A DNA stretch of 64,000 nt. Origin: Octopus sinensis (taxonomy: Eukaryota). A model generated the notes under the pieces. That model was not told the origin of the DNA. It saw only the letters and a program-made list of their open reading frames with translations, and did not search any database. The stretch lies in contig NC_042997.1 of assembly GCF_006345805.1 (NCBI RefSeq), forward strand, positions 142,910,001 to 142,974,000. The letters run 5' to 3'. The translations under genes were made by a program, and so were the position numbers. Of this stretch, positions 24,649 to 38,326 are shown in pieces. Every line of letters begins with the position of its first letter. The stretch's first letter is position 1.

Positions 24649-25604
24649 TTACTACATAAAAAAGTACTGGTGCTAGTGTCAGATAAAAAGCACTGGTGAT
24701 AGTACCATGTAAAAAGCACCCAGTATACTGTGTAAAGTGGTTGGCATTAGGAAGGGCATCCAGCCATAGAAACCTGGTGTGGCTCCTGGCCTTGCCAGTT
24801 CCTCCAACCCATGCCAGCATGGAAAACAGATGTTAAATGACAAAGTGATGATGAAGATGAGGAGGAGGAGGTGGGGTGGAAGGGGAGGAGGAGGATAGGC
24901 ACAGGAAGTAATTAAAATTTTTATTTGCAGTTTTTAAGATCTCTGTTGTTGCTAAGATAAGCACAGCCTTGCTCTTCTGCCCCCACTTACTTCTACTTAC
25001 CTTGAAGGTCCTTACAGGCACCTAACCACCACTATTTTTATCTCTTCCCCCACACTGCCCTGATTGTCACTCAACCCTCACTTCTAAAATGTGAGAAGCT
25101 GTGTAGACCCCCTTACAGCTAGAAACCTATTCTGCTTGGGCCCTTTATGTTATACCTTAACCCCCTCATCTCCAAACACAAAGCCTCTTCTCTCAGGGTG
25201 TGTAGCCTTGCTAGTTACAAGGGGTCCTCACTAGTGCTGGTGGCATGAAGAAAACACTGTAAAATGGTTGGCACAAGAAAGGGACATCCAGCTTTTGAAA
25301 TCATACCAAAACAGACAGTGGAGCACAATGTAGTCCTCTGACCTGTTGGATACTTTCAAATTGTCCAATTCATGGTTGGTATGGAATATGGATGTTAAAT
25401 GAGATTATGATGAATATGATGATGGTATTTAGTAGTGGGTCAGATGTGATCTGGCAGACATAACCATCTCATCATGTTATTTTTTCAGACATAGTCCCAC
25501 TGCATGGTAAGTTTCTTCTACTATAGCTTTGGGCCACCAAAACCTAAGGAGTGGATTTAGTAGATGAAAACTAAAAGAAGCCCATCATATATATATATAT
25601 ATAT

Positions 25605-26034
25605 CATCATCATCATCATCATTTAGTGTCTGCTTTCCATGCTAGCATGGGTTGGACGGTTCAACTGGGGTCTGTGAAGCCAGAAGGCTGCATCAGGCCC
25701 AGTCTGATCTGGCAGTGTTTCTATGGCTGGATGCCCTTCCTAACGCCAACCACTCCGTGAGTGTAGTGGGTGCTTTTTACGTGCCACCCGCACAGGTGCC
25801 AGACGGAGCTGGCAACGGCCACGGACGGATGGCGCTTTTGATGTGACACCGGCACGGGGGCCAGGCGAGGCTGGCAACGGCCACGATCGGATGGTGCTTT
25901 TTACGTGCCACCAGCACAGGGGCCAGGCGGGGCTGGCAACGGCCACGAACGGATGGTTCCTTTTACGTGCCACCGGCACGGAGGCCAGTCGGGGCGGCGC
26001 TGGCAACGACCACGATTGGATGGTTCGCTTACTT

Positions 26035-26040
<6 letters not shown>
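25605..26040 (-). mobile_element. RTE 3' UTR with ~3.5 internal tandem units
   Basis: Same architecture as 3747-4250. Confidence 0.85.
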
Positions 26041-26094
<54 letters not shown>

Positions 26095-26803
26095 TATATG
26101 TATTCATTAGCCACCAATGGAACTGCAATTGCAAAATATAAGTTAGTCCTAGAGCGCACAATGTTCCTGAAGGTCAGCAATGATCTTCCTCGGTCACGAG
26201 TGGATGGCCATCATCATCATGATGTATATGTATGTATATATATAAGCAACCAGGGTTACCGGGTAAGCAACCTGGCAACCTTGGTTTGTGTGTGTTTGTG
26301 TGTATTTGTCCTCCCATCACCACTGACAGCTGGTGTTGGTATGTTTACATTCCCATAACCTAGCAGTTCAGCAAAAGACACTGATAGAATAAAGCACTAG
26401 GCTTAAAATATAAGTCCTGGGGTTGATTGATTTGACTAAAAACTCTTTAAGGTGGTGCTCCAGCATGGCCGCAGCCAAAAGAATGAAATAAGTAAAAAAA
26501 TAAAAGAATAGTTTTTCTTGGACTACATAAACCAATGTGTGATTTTTCAGATTTTAAGATAATAAGCAGTTGTAATCTGTGAGGTGTGTGTGGCTGCTAT
26601 TTCTAACAGGCTTAATGACTGTGCAGAGGATTCCTTGAGAGGTGCAATGGCAGAAACAGTAGAATGTGCTGAAGAAGCTCACTTTACAATCAAGTGGTTT
26701 CAGCTTCAATCCCAATGTGTGACACCTTGGGTTAAAAATCTTCTCATATAGCCTCAAGCCAACCAATGGCAGTTTCAGCCACTTTATCAAGTTTTCTAAT
26801 TAA

Positions 26804-27023
26804 CCCTTTCATTACTGTATTTATTTTGAGATGCTCTGTGTTTCTTTCAATTACTTTAAATATAACAAAGAATTTAGTAAAATAACTTAGTTATCATTAA
26901 GCTAGTGTTAGGAACATAAATTGTGACTAAGGTTTGGTGGAAGATTTTAATTCAAAACTTATGGAAACAAGACATTTGTACTCAGAGTGAGAGCCAATTT
27001 CAGCCAGGTTGGTAACAAAAGGG
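26804..27023. mobile_element. piggyBac-like MITE
   Basis: TTAA TSD at 26800-03 and 27024-27; ends CCCTTTCATTAC / GTAACAAAAGGG. Confidence 0.8.
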
Positions 27024-27701
27024 TTAACGCATTTGCTGGAATACATGATGCACACTTGTATAAGATACCCCTACCCCTATTTTGCAAGTTGTGGAAAAAT
27101 CAAAATTAGTAAGTTTCATCATACACTTATTGAAAAATATTTTAAGAAAAATATATGATTCTGTACATGTAAATACAATTCCATGGCAGTATACTGAAAT
27201 AAAATATGGAACTATAAATTTATAATTTATAAACTATGTTATATGAATTAGTAAGGGAATTGCCATTACAGGGTGTAAAAAACTCATATTTTTGGCTTTG
27301 ACATTCTATATTACTGCAATTAGCTGCCAAGGTGTTGCACCACTGCTATGTTTCTGTTGTCATCCACTCATTGCAAATAACTGATAGGCAAATGAAAGTT
27401 TAACATTCCTTTCAACATTTTCAAAGGATTTTTATTTAAATAATGTGCAGGCAATATGGTTGTGGTTTAGAACAGAGAGACAACAGAGTAACACTGTTAG
27501 TAGGAGAGGTTGGGAAGGTGATTAAAAAATGTTTCTTAAAGTTAACACAGTCATTAAACAGCATAAACAAGCCCCACCTGATTATGCTGGGGGCTCGTGT
27601 ATGCTGGAGAAGATGTAATGAAATTACATGACCTCTCCATATAACTGCTGACATACCATATACAATTTTTCATGACATATCATAAGCAGTTTTCTAAACA
27701 G

Positions 27702-27775
27702 ATGTTTTGGCTCGTTTCCAATATTTATTATTAGTAACAATTGTTGTGCTAAGTGGACTCATGCTTATACACCTC
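27702..27775 (+). CDS. Candidate coding exon with a transmembrane-like segment
   Basis: TTTTCTAAACAG acceptor, CTC|GTAAGC donor, open frame VLARFQYLLLVTIVVLSGLMLIHL. Non-repeat sequence. Confidence 0.3.
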
Positions 27776-28261
27776 GTAAGCCCTCATACAGCATACAATC
27801 TCCCATCTGTAATATGGCCACTTTAGATGCAGGGCAACTTTTTGATGCATTCAAAAATAAAGAAAAGCACACCTTATACACCAGCAAATGTGGTTAATAA
27901 ACCAGATTAATAGTCTTTGATGAAGAATACAAAAAGGTTTTTTTTATATAAAAATTGAATACATAACCTACATCCAAGTAGTCATAACTTAAATCACATT
28001 GTAGCTAATCAGACTGTGTTAATTATATTAATTGGATATTTTTTTTTAAACAAAACATTATTTTATCCTAAAAGCTAAATAAAATCTGGCTTGACTTTGA
28101 GAAAAACAGGTTCTGCTTTTGATTATTAAATAGTTCAAACACTTTATTAGTTTGTTTCCTTTTGTTCTAAATAACTGATAGCAAGCAGGCCAGAGGTACT
28201 TTTCCTCAGGCTTGTAGATTTATAAATATGTAGATTATTGCAATTAAATATATCTATTATC

Positions 28262-28348
<87 letters not shown>
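28262..28348. repeat. (CA)n microsatellite
   Basis: Direct reading. Confidence 0.95.
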
Positions 28349-28350
<2 letters not shown>

Positions 28351-28734
28351 TTACTTGTGTGAAACAAAGCAACGAAAGAGCTTCTGCGTAGTTGTTCAAC
28401 TTGCTAGAAAAAAAAGAACAAACAAAAGAAAAAGTCAAACCATTCAAAAGTCATGAAAAAAGGAAGGTCAGATTTTCAATAATAGTCCTGAGTAAGCTAT
28501 ACATTGCCAGAAAACCAGACAGGATGCTCATGGTTGGAATGCTTTAACCATAGGCCAAGTAATTGTGTACCAGCTAAATAGCAACTACTGATACATAACT
28601 ATATAGGTACACAATGGTTTCATGGGATATAGTTATGTAATGTGTTAGTGTGAATCTGATAAGAAAAAAAAAGCAAGACTAATGTTGAAAACTTGGCATT
28701 AGCCACAACCATCACTATGTGTGAGTGCGAGCAT

Positions 28735-29175
28735 ATTATCATCATCATCATTATTTGATGCCTGTTTAACATGCTGGCATGGGTTGGATGGTTTGACTGA
28801 AAACTAGTAAACCAGGAAGCTGCACCAGGCTCTAGTCTGATTTGGCATGGTTTCTACAGCTGGATGCCCTTCCTAATGCCAACCACTCTGAGAGTGTAGT
28901 GGGTGTTTTTTTTTTACATGCCACCAGCACAGGTGCCATTGCCTTGACACTAGCATTGGCCACGACTAGTCTCACTTGGTTTGACAGGTCTACACAAGCA
29001 TGGTATATCACCAAAGATTTTGGTCACCTGTCTCTGCCTTCATGAGGCCCAATGCTTGAACAGTGCATTTACATGTCACCGGCATGGGTGCCTGTCAGAC
29101 GGCACTGGCATTGGCCACAACTACAATTTCACTCAGTTCAACAGGTCTTCACAAGCACAGCATATCACCCAACTT
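28735..29175 (-). mobile_element. RTE 3' UTR fragment
   Basis: (CAT)n tail and conserved UTR motif. Confidence 0.75.
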
Positions 29176-29332
29176 TTGAAGCGTGCTTTTAACATACCTA
29201 TTTCTTTACTACCCACTAGGGGCTAAACACAGAGAGAACAAACAAGGACAGACAAACAGATTAAGTTGATTATATCAACCCCAGTGCGTAACTGGTACTT
29301 ATTTAATCGACCCTGAAAGGATGAAAGGCAAA

Positions 29333-29565
29333 CAACAACACAGCTCCCATGACTTTCGGAAACATTTTTTCACGCTCAGAGTTGCTGAAGCATGGAATAA
29401 ACTGCCTGCGTCAGTTGTTGACTGCCATGACACTGCATCCTTTAAGGCCCTCATGCTTTCCGAAATCCGCCGAAACTACACCTGATTATATATACACTTT
29501 AGATGAGTTGTAGTGCACCTGAGCACTGTACACAATTATTATTATTATTATTATTATTATTATTT
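29333..29565 (+). mobile_element. CR1-type LINE 3' end nested in a family B SINE (29197-29664, minus)
   Basis: CATGACTTTCGGAAACATTTTTTCACGCTCAGAGTTGCTGAAGCATGGAATAAACTGCC, the same family as 11654-12184, with an (ATT)n tail. It splits the SINE motif GGCAAA^GTCGACC. Confidence 0.88.
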
Positions 29566-30159
29566 AAAGTCGACCTCAGCGGAATTTGAACTCAGAACGT
29601 AGCAGCAGACGAAATATCACTAAGCATTTCGCCCGGCGTGCTACCGTTTCTGCCAGCTCGCCGACTTATACCAGTTACATGACACTGGCATCAGCCATGA
29701 CAACATCTCAATGCATATATATGAATTTAAATACTAGAGACTCTATAAGACTTTGGGGGTCCATATAAGATTTTTGGGTTCCACACAAAAAAATAGTAAT
29801 TTGGGGATCCACAATAGTATTTTAAGTAACCCTGATAAAATTTTGCTTTAAATGTATATATTAGTATTTATTGCAAGAAGCAGTCGGGTTTCTTTCTCTG
29901 ACATTTTACATAATTCAACCTGCACATGTTAATAATGTGTGAAAAACAAAATAGGAATATTGAAAGAAGTTTCTCTAAAACTAGATTTTAAACATCGAAT
30001 GGCTAAGGGTGTCCACCAGAATAAAATAGTAATCAAAAATCAAAAAAATCAAAGATAAAGTAATTAACGATAAAAAAAATGGATAAAAAATGGTTGAGAA
30101 ACACTGTGCTAAAGGGTTAATGTAGGGGCAAGGTGTTGCATCGTCAGTAAGTAATACAT

Positions 30160-30512
30160 TTATTACCTCTGCCTTAGCAAAGGTAGAGGTATTGTTTTCA
30201 GTTGTGTTTGTTTGTCCATGGACAAGATATCTCAAGAACCACTGGACGGATTTGAATGAAATTTTCAGGGATGCTTGGCCTCGTGACTGGCATGAACTGA
30301 TTAGATTTTGGGATTGATCTGGTACCAGACAAGTATTCTAGATTATTTTCCCAGTTTTTCTACTTCATTTATGAGAGCGGTTGGGTTCATTTTTAGTATT
30401 CTTATTTGTGAGAGCAGTAGAGTTTATTTCAGATATTCTCATTTTAAAAATCATCTCTGGCTAATCGTTGGTGTTGCCTTGGTGGAGGTTTGCACTCTCT
30501 GAGTTCTCGTTT
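30160..30512 (+). mobile_element. Helentron-associated (HINE/DINE-like) non-autonomous element
   Basis: Starts TTATTACCTCTGCC..AAAGGTAGAGG with a GTTT microsatellite; ends GGTGGAGGTTTGCACTCTCTGAGT. A second 5' part lies at 32755-32906. Confidence 0.5.
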
Positions 30513-30946
30513 ACAATAGATACGCATGTAGATAACTGACGAGGTGGTTAGAGTGTTGAACTCACAATCATAAAATTGTGGGGCTTGATTTCTGGATTGT
30601 GTCCTTAAGTAAGGCAGCTAATTTTACAATGCTCCAATCAACTAAGCTGAAAATGAATACTAGCTCAGTACTGGTCCAACCTCTCTCCCTCCACCGTCCA
30701 CTTCCTAGGTCAAGATTACAAGGGATGACTAGAGGCTTTATGTCTGATTCTGACTATAATGCCACTTGTAGTATAAGCTGCCACCTCATACTTGTTTGTA
30801 CATGATAGCTAAGCATGAGTGTGTGTGTGTGTGTTTACTAATGCATATTGGTAAAAAATGTAAGCATTATTGAAAAAGTAAAACACTGGTACTTTTAAAT
30901 AAAAGTACAATTTAATTTGGTATTTGCTTTGCACCATGCTGCATAG

Positions 30947-31046
30947 ACAGTCTCTTGTCACTCTCACTGGCAGGACCACACTGAAACCAATGATTGGTTC
31001 ATTGGAAGATTACTAACCAATGTAATTATTGTTCACAGATTGCAAT
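30947..31046 (+). CDS. Candidate coding exon (alternative acceptors 30974 or 31039)
   Basis: Open frame TVSCHSHWQDHTETNDWFIGRLLTNVIIVHRLQ ending at a T|GTGAGT donor; phase-compatible with the 27702-27775 candidate. Confidence 0.25.
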
Positions 31047-31269
31047 GTGAGTATACAAAATAAATAAATAAACAGGTATGAAAATGTATTAACAATGGAT
31101 GCTATGTGTTGGTTGAACAAGTGCCAAAATTTAGGAGTTAATAAAATGCTGAGGACGCAAAAGAGGTGAAAAATAGATTTCTAGATATGATGTAGGCCCT
31201 GGTATGACTGTGTGGTTAAGAAGTTCACTTTGCAACCATATGGTTTCAGGTTTGGTCCCACTGAGTGAT

Positions 31270-31660
31270 TCCTTTCTTTTATTTGTTTCAGTCATTTGAC
31301 TGTGGCCATGCTGGAGCACCGCCTTTAGTCAAGCAAATCGACCCCAGGACTTATTTTTTGTAAGCCTAGTACTTATTCTATCGGTCTCTTTTGCCGAACT
31401 GCTAAGTTACAGGGATGTAAACACACCAGTATCAGTTGTCAAGCGATGTTGGGGGGGACAAACACAGACACACACAAACACACACATATATATACATATA
31501 TATATGACGGGCTTCTTTCAGTTTCCATCTACCAAATCCACTCACAAGGCTTTGGTCAGTTCAAGGTTATATTAGAAGACACTTGATTAAGGTGCCATGC
31601 AGTGTGACTGGACCCGGAACCATGTGGTTCGTAAGCAAGCTACTTACCACACAGCCACTC
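31270..31660 (-). mobile_element. SINE family A, near full-length
   Basis: Reverse complement of 8780-9175. Confidence 0.85.
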
Positions 31661-32439
31661 CTTGGACAAGTGTCTTTTGCTATAGCCCCAGACCTACCAA
31701 TGTCTTGTGACTGAATTTGGCAGGCAGGATCCACATGGAAGCCTATTGTGTATGCGCATGTATGTTTGTGTGTGTGTGTGCATGTATGTATGTATATGTA
31801 TGCATGTATGTATGTATGTATGTGTGCATGTATGTATGGTGTGCATGTATGTATGTGTGTGCATGTATATATGTGTGTATGTGTGTGTGCATGTATGTAT
31901 ATGTATGAGTGTGTGTGTGCATGCATGTATGTGTGCATGTATGTATATATGTGCATGTGTGTGTGTAAGTGAAGGTGTGTGACCTAGTGGTTAGGCTGTT
32001 GCACTCATAATTGCCAGATTCCCTGACTAGATGACGCATTGTGTTCTTGAGCAAAGCACTTCATTTCACATTGCTCTAGTCCCTCTTCGATCAGAGGGAG
32101 ATTGTTTGTCTGCTTGCCCTACCAGCAGGATAACATCATTTAAAGGTTAATACGATGCAAAAGCGCATTGTGACCAGCAATGCGTAATAACATCTGATAG
32201 TCTGGTCAATCACGTGACATATCATATGATCACGTGATATATGTGTGTGTGTATATGTGTATGTGTGCTTTGTGTTTGTGTTTGCCCCACCACCATCACT
32301 TGACAAGCAGTGTTGGTTTGTTTACATCCCTATTGCAGTTCATCAACAGAGACCAACAGAATAAGTACCAAAATTTTAAGAATTTAAAAGATAAATTATG
32401 TCATTTGTAAACAAACATAAGTTTGTTTTTGAAGCCCTG

Positions 32440-33992
32440 AAATGGATTGCTGATATATTTTTCTGCTCTGTAAGGATTTTACCCTATATAAGCTGTTCTA
32501 TCAGTAGTTACACATTGAAAAATATATCTTTCTACTTGTTCTGCAATACATTTCAGCACTTCCAAAACAAACTTTTTTTTTTGTTTACATATGACATATA
32601 TGTATGAGAGATGAGGTGACTCTGACTGTGTATATGATGATGGTGGTGGTGGCAGTAATCATCGATAAAAAAATGGATAAAAAATGGTTGAGAAACGCTG
32701 TGCTAAAGGGTTAATGTAGGGGCAAGGTGTTGTATCATCAGTAAGTAATACATTTATTACCTCCACCTTAGCAAAGGTAGAGGTATTGTTTTCAGTTGTG
32801 TTTGTGTTTGTTTGTCATGAACAAAATATCTCAAGAACCGCTGGATGGATTTGAATGAAATTTTCAGGGATGCTTGGCCTCATGACTGGCATGAACTGAT
32901 TAGATACCTTGGACAAGTGTCTTCTACTATAGCCCCAGATGAATGACGCTACCCTGCTCATAGGGCAAGCAGGCCAACATTAGATATAATAGAAATATTA
33001 TATTTGGTGTTTCTGGATGACTTTATAAGTTCTAAAATTGCAGAAGAATTTTTCAGTAAAGTAGTTTAGTTTAATGGTAGAGCACTTGACTGGAAATCAA
33101 AGGGATTTGAGTTTGATTTACATGGCTGGTTGCTGACAGAATTTTTCTGCTCTGTAAGGATTTTATCCTATGTATGCTGTTCTATCAATAGTTACGCATT
33201 GAAAAATATATCTTTCTACTTGTACTATAATACATTTCAGCGCTTCAAAAACAAACTTTTTTTTTGTTTACATATGACGTACTTTATATTATATCTAGCA
33301 CTTCTGGATGACTTTGTAAGTTCTAAAATTGCAGAAGAATTTTTTGGTAACGTAGTTTAGTTTAATGGTAGAATGTTTGATTCTCATAGCCGGTTGCTGA
33401 TAGATTTTTCTGCTCTGGCACAGCCATCTGGTTTGCCAGTCCTCAGTCAAATCGTCCAACCCAAGCTAGCATGGAAAGCAGACGTTAAAGGATGATGATG
33501 ATATATATATATATATACACACACTGTGCTTGAGGACACCCTGTGCTTGAGGAGACCTATTGAGACAAGTACATCAACATCAAAGAATCAAATGGAAATT
33601 GTAGTTGTCATATCTGTGCCGGTGGCACGTAAAAGGGAAAATCCGAATATGACCGATGCCAGCGCTGCCTTGACTGGCTTCCGTGCCAGTGGCATGTAAA
33701 AAGCACCAACCGACCGTGGCCATTGCCAGCCTCACCTGGCACCTGTGCCAGTGGCATGTAAAAAGTACCCACTCAACTCACGGAGTTGTTGGCGTTAGGA
33801 AGGGCATCCAGCTGTAGAAACACTGCTAGATCAGACTGGAGCCTGGTGCAGCCTCCTGGCTTCCCAGACCCCGGTCGAACCGTCCAACCCATGCTAGCAT
33901 GGAAAACGGACATTAAATGATGATGATGATGATGATGATATGCTGTTCTATCAGTTTTTATGCGTTGAAAATTATATCTTTCTAGTTGTTCT
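32440..33992. repeat. Disrupted tandem duplication of a ~290-bp unit containing a decayed tRNA-like head
   Basis: 32450-32595 matches 33135-33278; 33011-33150 matches 33301-33417; partial copy at 33940-33992. tRNA-like TAGTTTAATGGTAGAGCA..CTTGACTGGAAATCAA at 33061-33125. Confidence 0.7.
33530..33938 (+). mobile_element. RTE 3' UTR with internal units and (GAT)n tail
   Basis: Sense-orientation copy of the RTE UTR. Confidence 0.85.
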
Positions 33993-34885
33993 TTAAAAAA
34001 ATAAGTACTGGGGGAAAATTTTCAGTTAAACTCTTCAAGGTAGGGTCCCAACAGCTTTTTTATCTTTCATTTGTTTCAGCTATTAGACTGTGACCATACT
34101 GGGGTACCACCTTGGGGAATTATAGTAAAACCAATCAACTCTGGTACTTATTTTTTAGCTTGGCACTTAGTCTATTAGTCTTTTTTGCTGGATAGCTAAG
34201 TTATAGGGACATAAACACACCAACACTGTTTGTCAATCAGTGGTGAGAGACAAACACAAAGACACCCAAACCCCACATACATACACACACGTGCATGCGT
34301 GTGTGTGTGTGTGTTTGTGTGGGTGTGTATGCGTGCATATATATGTGTGTGTACATGAATGACAGGCTTCTTTCGGTTTCCATCCACCAGTTCCACTCAC
34401 AAGGCTTTGGTCAGCCTGAGGCTATAGTAGAAGACACTTGCCCAAGATGCCACACAATGGAACTGAACCTGAAACCATGTAGTTGGGAAACAAACTTCCT
34501 ACCTCACAGCTATGCTTGTACCACAGTCCAATGATTGAAACAAGTTTAAAAATAAAATGTAAAAGAACAAGAATTCAAAATAACAAAGGAGGCTCAAGTG
34601 AAGAGAAGATGTAATAATTGCAGACCTATCCAACCCATATATCAGCACGAGAGTGAAACTAATAATCCTTTCTACTAAAGGCACAAGGCCTGAAATTTGT
34701 GGCATAGGGACTAGCTGATTACATCAACCTCTGTGTTTCACTGGAACTTAATTTATCGCCCCCCCCCCCAAAGGATGAAAGGCAAAGTCGACCTTGGTGG
34801 AATTTGAACTCAGAATGCAGCAGCAGATGAAATACTGCCAAGCATTTTGCCCAACATGCTAACAATTCTGCCAGCTTGCTGCCTT

Positions 34886-34940
<55 letters not shown>

Positions 34941-35089
34941 TAATAATAATAATAAATCCTATGCAAAACACTTTCAATACAGTAACCATAAGAGCATCAC
35001 AGCAAACCACAGCACATACCCAAGGCACACAAAGCTGCACTCGGTAGTGAAGTGAAAGCATGCTATAAAAATAAAACTACTGAATAATA

Positions 35090-35490
35090 ATCATCATCAT
35101 CATCATCATCATCGTTTAACGTCCGTTCTCCATGCTAGCATGGGTTGGACGGTTCGACCGGGGATCTGGGAAGCCAGAAGGCTGCACCAGGCTCCAGTCT
35201 TATCTGGCAGTGTTTCTACAGCTGGATGCCCTTCCTAACGCCAACCACTCCATGAGTGTAGTGGGTGCTTTTTACGTGCCACCTGCACAGGTGCCAGGCG
35301 AGGCTGGCAACGGCCACGGTCGGATTGGTGTATTTTATGTGCCACCGGCACGGAAGCCAGTGGAGGCGGCGCTGGCATCGGCCACGAGTCGGATAGTGCT
35401 TTTTACGTACCACCAGACCAGGGAACCTGGCTGGTTCAATTCGATTTCGCTTGCCCCAACATGTCTTCGCAAGCAAGGGGGTTGGCATGG
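35090..35490 (-). mobile_element. RTE 3' UTR with two internal units
   Basis: (CAT)n tail and UTR motif. Confidence 0.85.
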
Positions 35491-36256
35491 GTAATAATAA
35501 TAATAATAATAATAATAATCCTTTCTACTATTGGCAAAAGGCCTGGATTGTGTGGGAAGGAGCACAGTCGATCACATCGACCCCACTAATCAACTGGTAC
35601 TTATTTTATCGACCCCCAAAAGAATGAAAGGCAAAGTTGACCTCAGCAGAATTTTGAACTCAAAACGTCACTGCAAATGAAATGCTGCAAAGCACTTCAC
35701 CTGGGGTGCTAATGATTCTACCAGCTCACCAACTTAGAGAACAAAATCTAATAATGACGGCTGGTAGTAATGATGATGATCAGGGAAGTGGAGTGGAGAA
35801 TACTTTGTTATTTTAAACACTAATAAAATATGGATTGTAGACAGAATTTATATATAGCATCTTATATAATTCCTTGACTGATTTGCACTTATCTGATTGC
35901 TCAGAAGCAAACACCAAGAAGAGAGTGAAAGAAAAGTATACTTCACGTATGTAAGTATGTATGTATTTGTATATGCACATTTACGTGTGTGTGCATGTGT
36001 GTGTGTGTGCATGTGTGTGTGTGCATTTGTGTGTGTGTGTGTTTGTGTGTACATGTGTGTGTGTGTGTGTGGTCTTAGAATGATGCCATAATGCCATAAT
36101 AGTTGGCATCAATACAAATACATGATGCAACAGATTCAAACAGGAATCTTTAGACTGGATTAATAATCTTTGGGCAATAAAGGAGAGTATAACAAAAAAA
36201 AATTATCCCCTCCTCCTTTCTCTCTTTTTCTTTCTCTCTCTGCCTCTATCTTTCTA

Positions 36257-36292
<36 letters not shown>

Positions 36293-37011
36293 TCACTCTT
36301 CTCTTCTCTTGTTTAACCCAGTCTTGGAGATTACATGTTGCAATAAAATAAAAGACTTATAAACCCTATTTTCTCTCCTTTTTGAGACTTACCATTCTTA
36401 TTATATCTTCTCATTCATCATCACACCTCCATTCGTCACCACCACCAATCTCCACCAACACCACCAACACCAATCACCACTACCGTCACCTCCACCACAA
36501 CTATCACTACCACCACCATCACATACACAGTCAGAGTCACCTCATCTCTCATTCTTAATAAAATATTCTGAACGCTTCCTTTCCCTTACACTACAACATT
36601 AATATATGTAGATGAATGCAAAGATATCTTTTATTATTATTATTATTATTATTACTTTTTGTAGCACAATCTTCTCTCTAATATAGTTACTTGGTCAACC
36701 TTTTACTTTCACACTCACGTTCATACTTCTCTTCCCCCACTCACTCTCTCTCTCATTCTCTTTCTCCCAGTGTGTGTGCGTGTGTGTGTCTTTCTCTCTT
36801 TCTCACACACATACACACACACACACATGCACACACTAATATATGTAGATTAATGCAATTACAAGTAGCTTCCAAGAAAGCAAACACATACATGTATACA
36901 TACATACATATGCATTATAAACACATTATAATGCAGAAACACACACATTACAAATGCATAAATACACATCATATATATATATACATATACATACACACAC
37001 ACATACATATA

Positions 37012-37360
37012 GGCACAGGAGTGGGTGTGTGGTTCTGGGTTCAGTCTCACTGTGTGGTACCTTGGGCAAGTGTCTACCAAAGCCTTGTGAGTGCATTTGG
37101 TGGACGGAAACTGAAAAGAAGCCCATTGTATATATATGTGTGTGTATGTGTGTGTTTGTCTGTCTGTTTGTGTTCATCCCCCCACCATTGCTTGACAACT
37201 GATGTTGATGTGTTTATGTCCCCATAATATAGTGGTTTGGCAAAAGAGACCAATAGAATAAGTACCAGGCTTACAAAGAATAAGTACTGGGGTCGACTTG
37301 TTCGACTAAAGGCAGTGCTCCAGCATGGCCACAGTCAAATGACTGAAACAAGTAAAAAAA
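37012..37360 (+). mobile_element. SINE family A
   Basis: Matches 8780-9175, with small deletions. Confidence 0.85.
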
Positions 37361-38079
37361 AGAATAAAAGAAGACATTAAACATAAACACAGAAACACAC
37401 CTTATAAGCACGCATAGAAACAAACACATACACACACCTGATACATTCTAAACACAGACATATTCATCATAAACACACACACACACACACATTATAAACT
37501 CACAAATGTACGCATAAATACACAAACACACACATCTTATACAAACACATCCAAATGACAGGGAAAAAATGAATAAATAAAAACATTTCTAATTGTCACA
37601 TTTAATCTACACTAAGCTAATCTATTTACATATTTTATATCAACATGAGAAGAACTAATTTCTGCAGTGGCTTTAGTCACTGTTGCCTGCTAATGTACCA
37701 GAAACATATATAATTTTAGTCATTCATTATGAAATGAGAGAAGACAAAATGTAGGTTATGAAAATCCATTGAAGCATGACATGATAGATTTTTTTCAGTA
37801 AAAGAAGAGAATAAGCAGAGTTTTATTTGATTCGGAGCGATACATTATTCTTTTTCACAGTTTGTGAGCAAATACTTTCTGATAGATATATACCCCTTTA
37901 CTGGTTTCAGCCAGTGAAGTGTGAATGTGACCGTGACCATGCAGGAACACGTCTTGTAAGAAATTTTAGTCCATCATACCGAGTCCCCGCCATCTCCCAT
38001 TGATTGTTCTATTGATTTCGAATCAGTAAATGGCAAAGTTATATTTCTAATATGAAAAATAAATTTTAAAAAACAGTTT

Positions 38080-38103
38080 AATACACATACAATATGTATA
38101 TGC

Positions 38104-38134
<31 letters not shown>

Positions 38135-38150
38135 TGTATGTATGTATGTA

Positions 38151-38216
<66 letters not shown>

Positions 38217-38285
38217 TACATATATATATTCATATATGTATGTGTGAAACAGTTCTAGATGTGCTGTTTTATGTATATATTTATG

Positions 38286-38326
<41 letters not shown>

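Noticed and set aside
33061-33135. Functional tRNA gene
   Set aside because: Acceptor stem and T arm are degenerate; reported only as a tRNA-like relic.
37861-37955. Cys-containing exon with a good acceptor and GTAAGA donor
   Set aside because: Most of it aligns to the reverse tail of SINE family A (TTTACT.GTTTCAG.CA..GAC.G..CCATGC.GG..CAC); likely a SINE relic.
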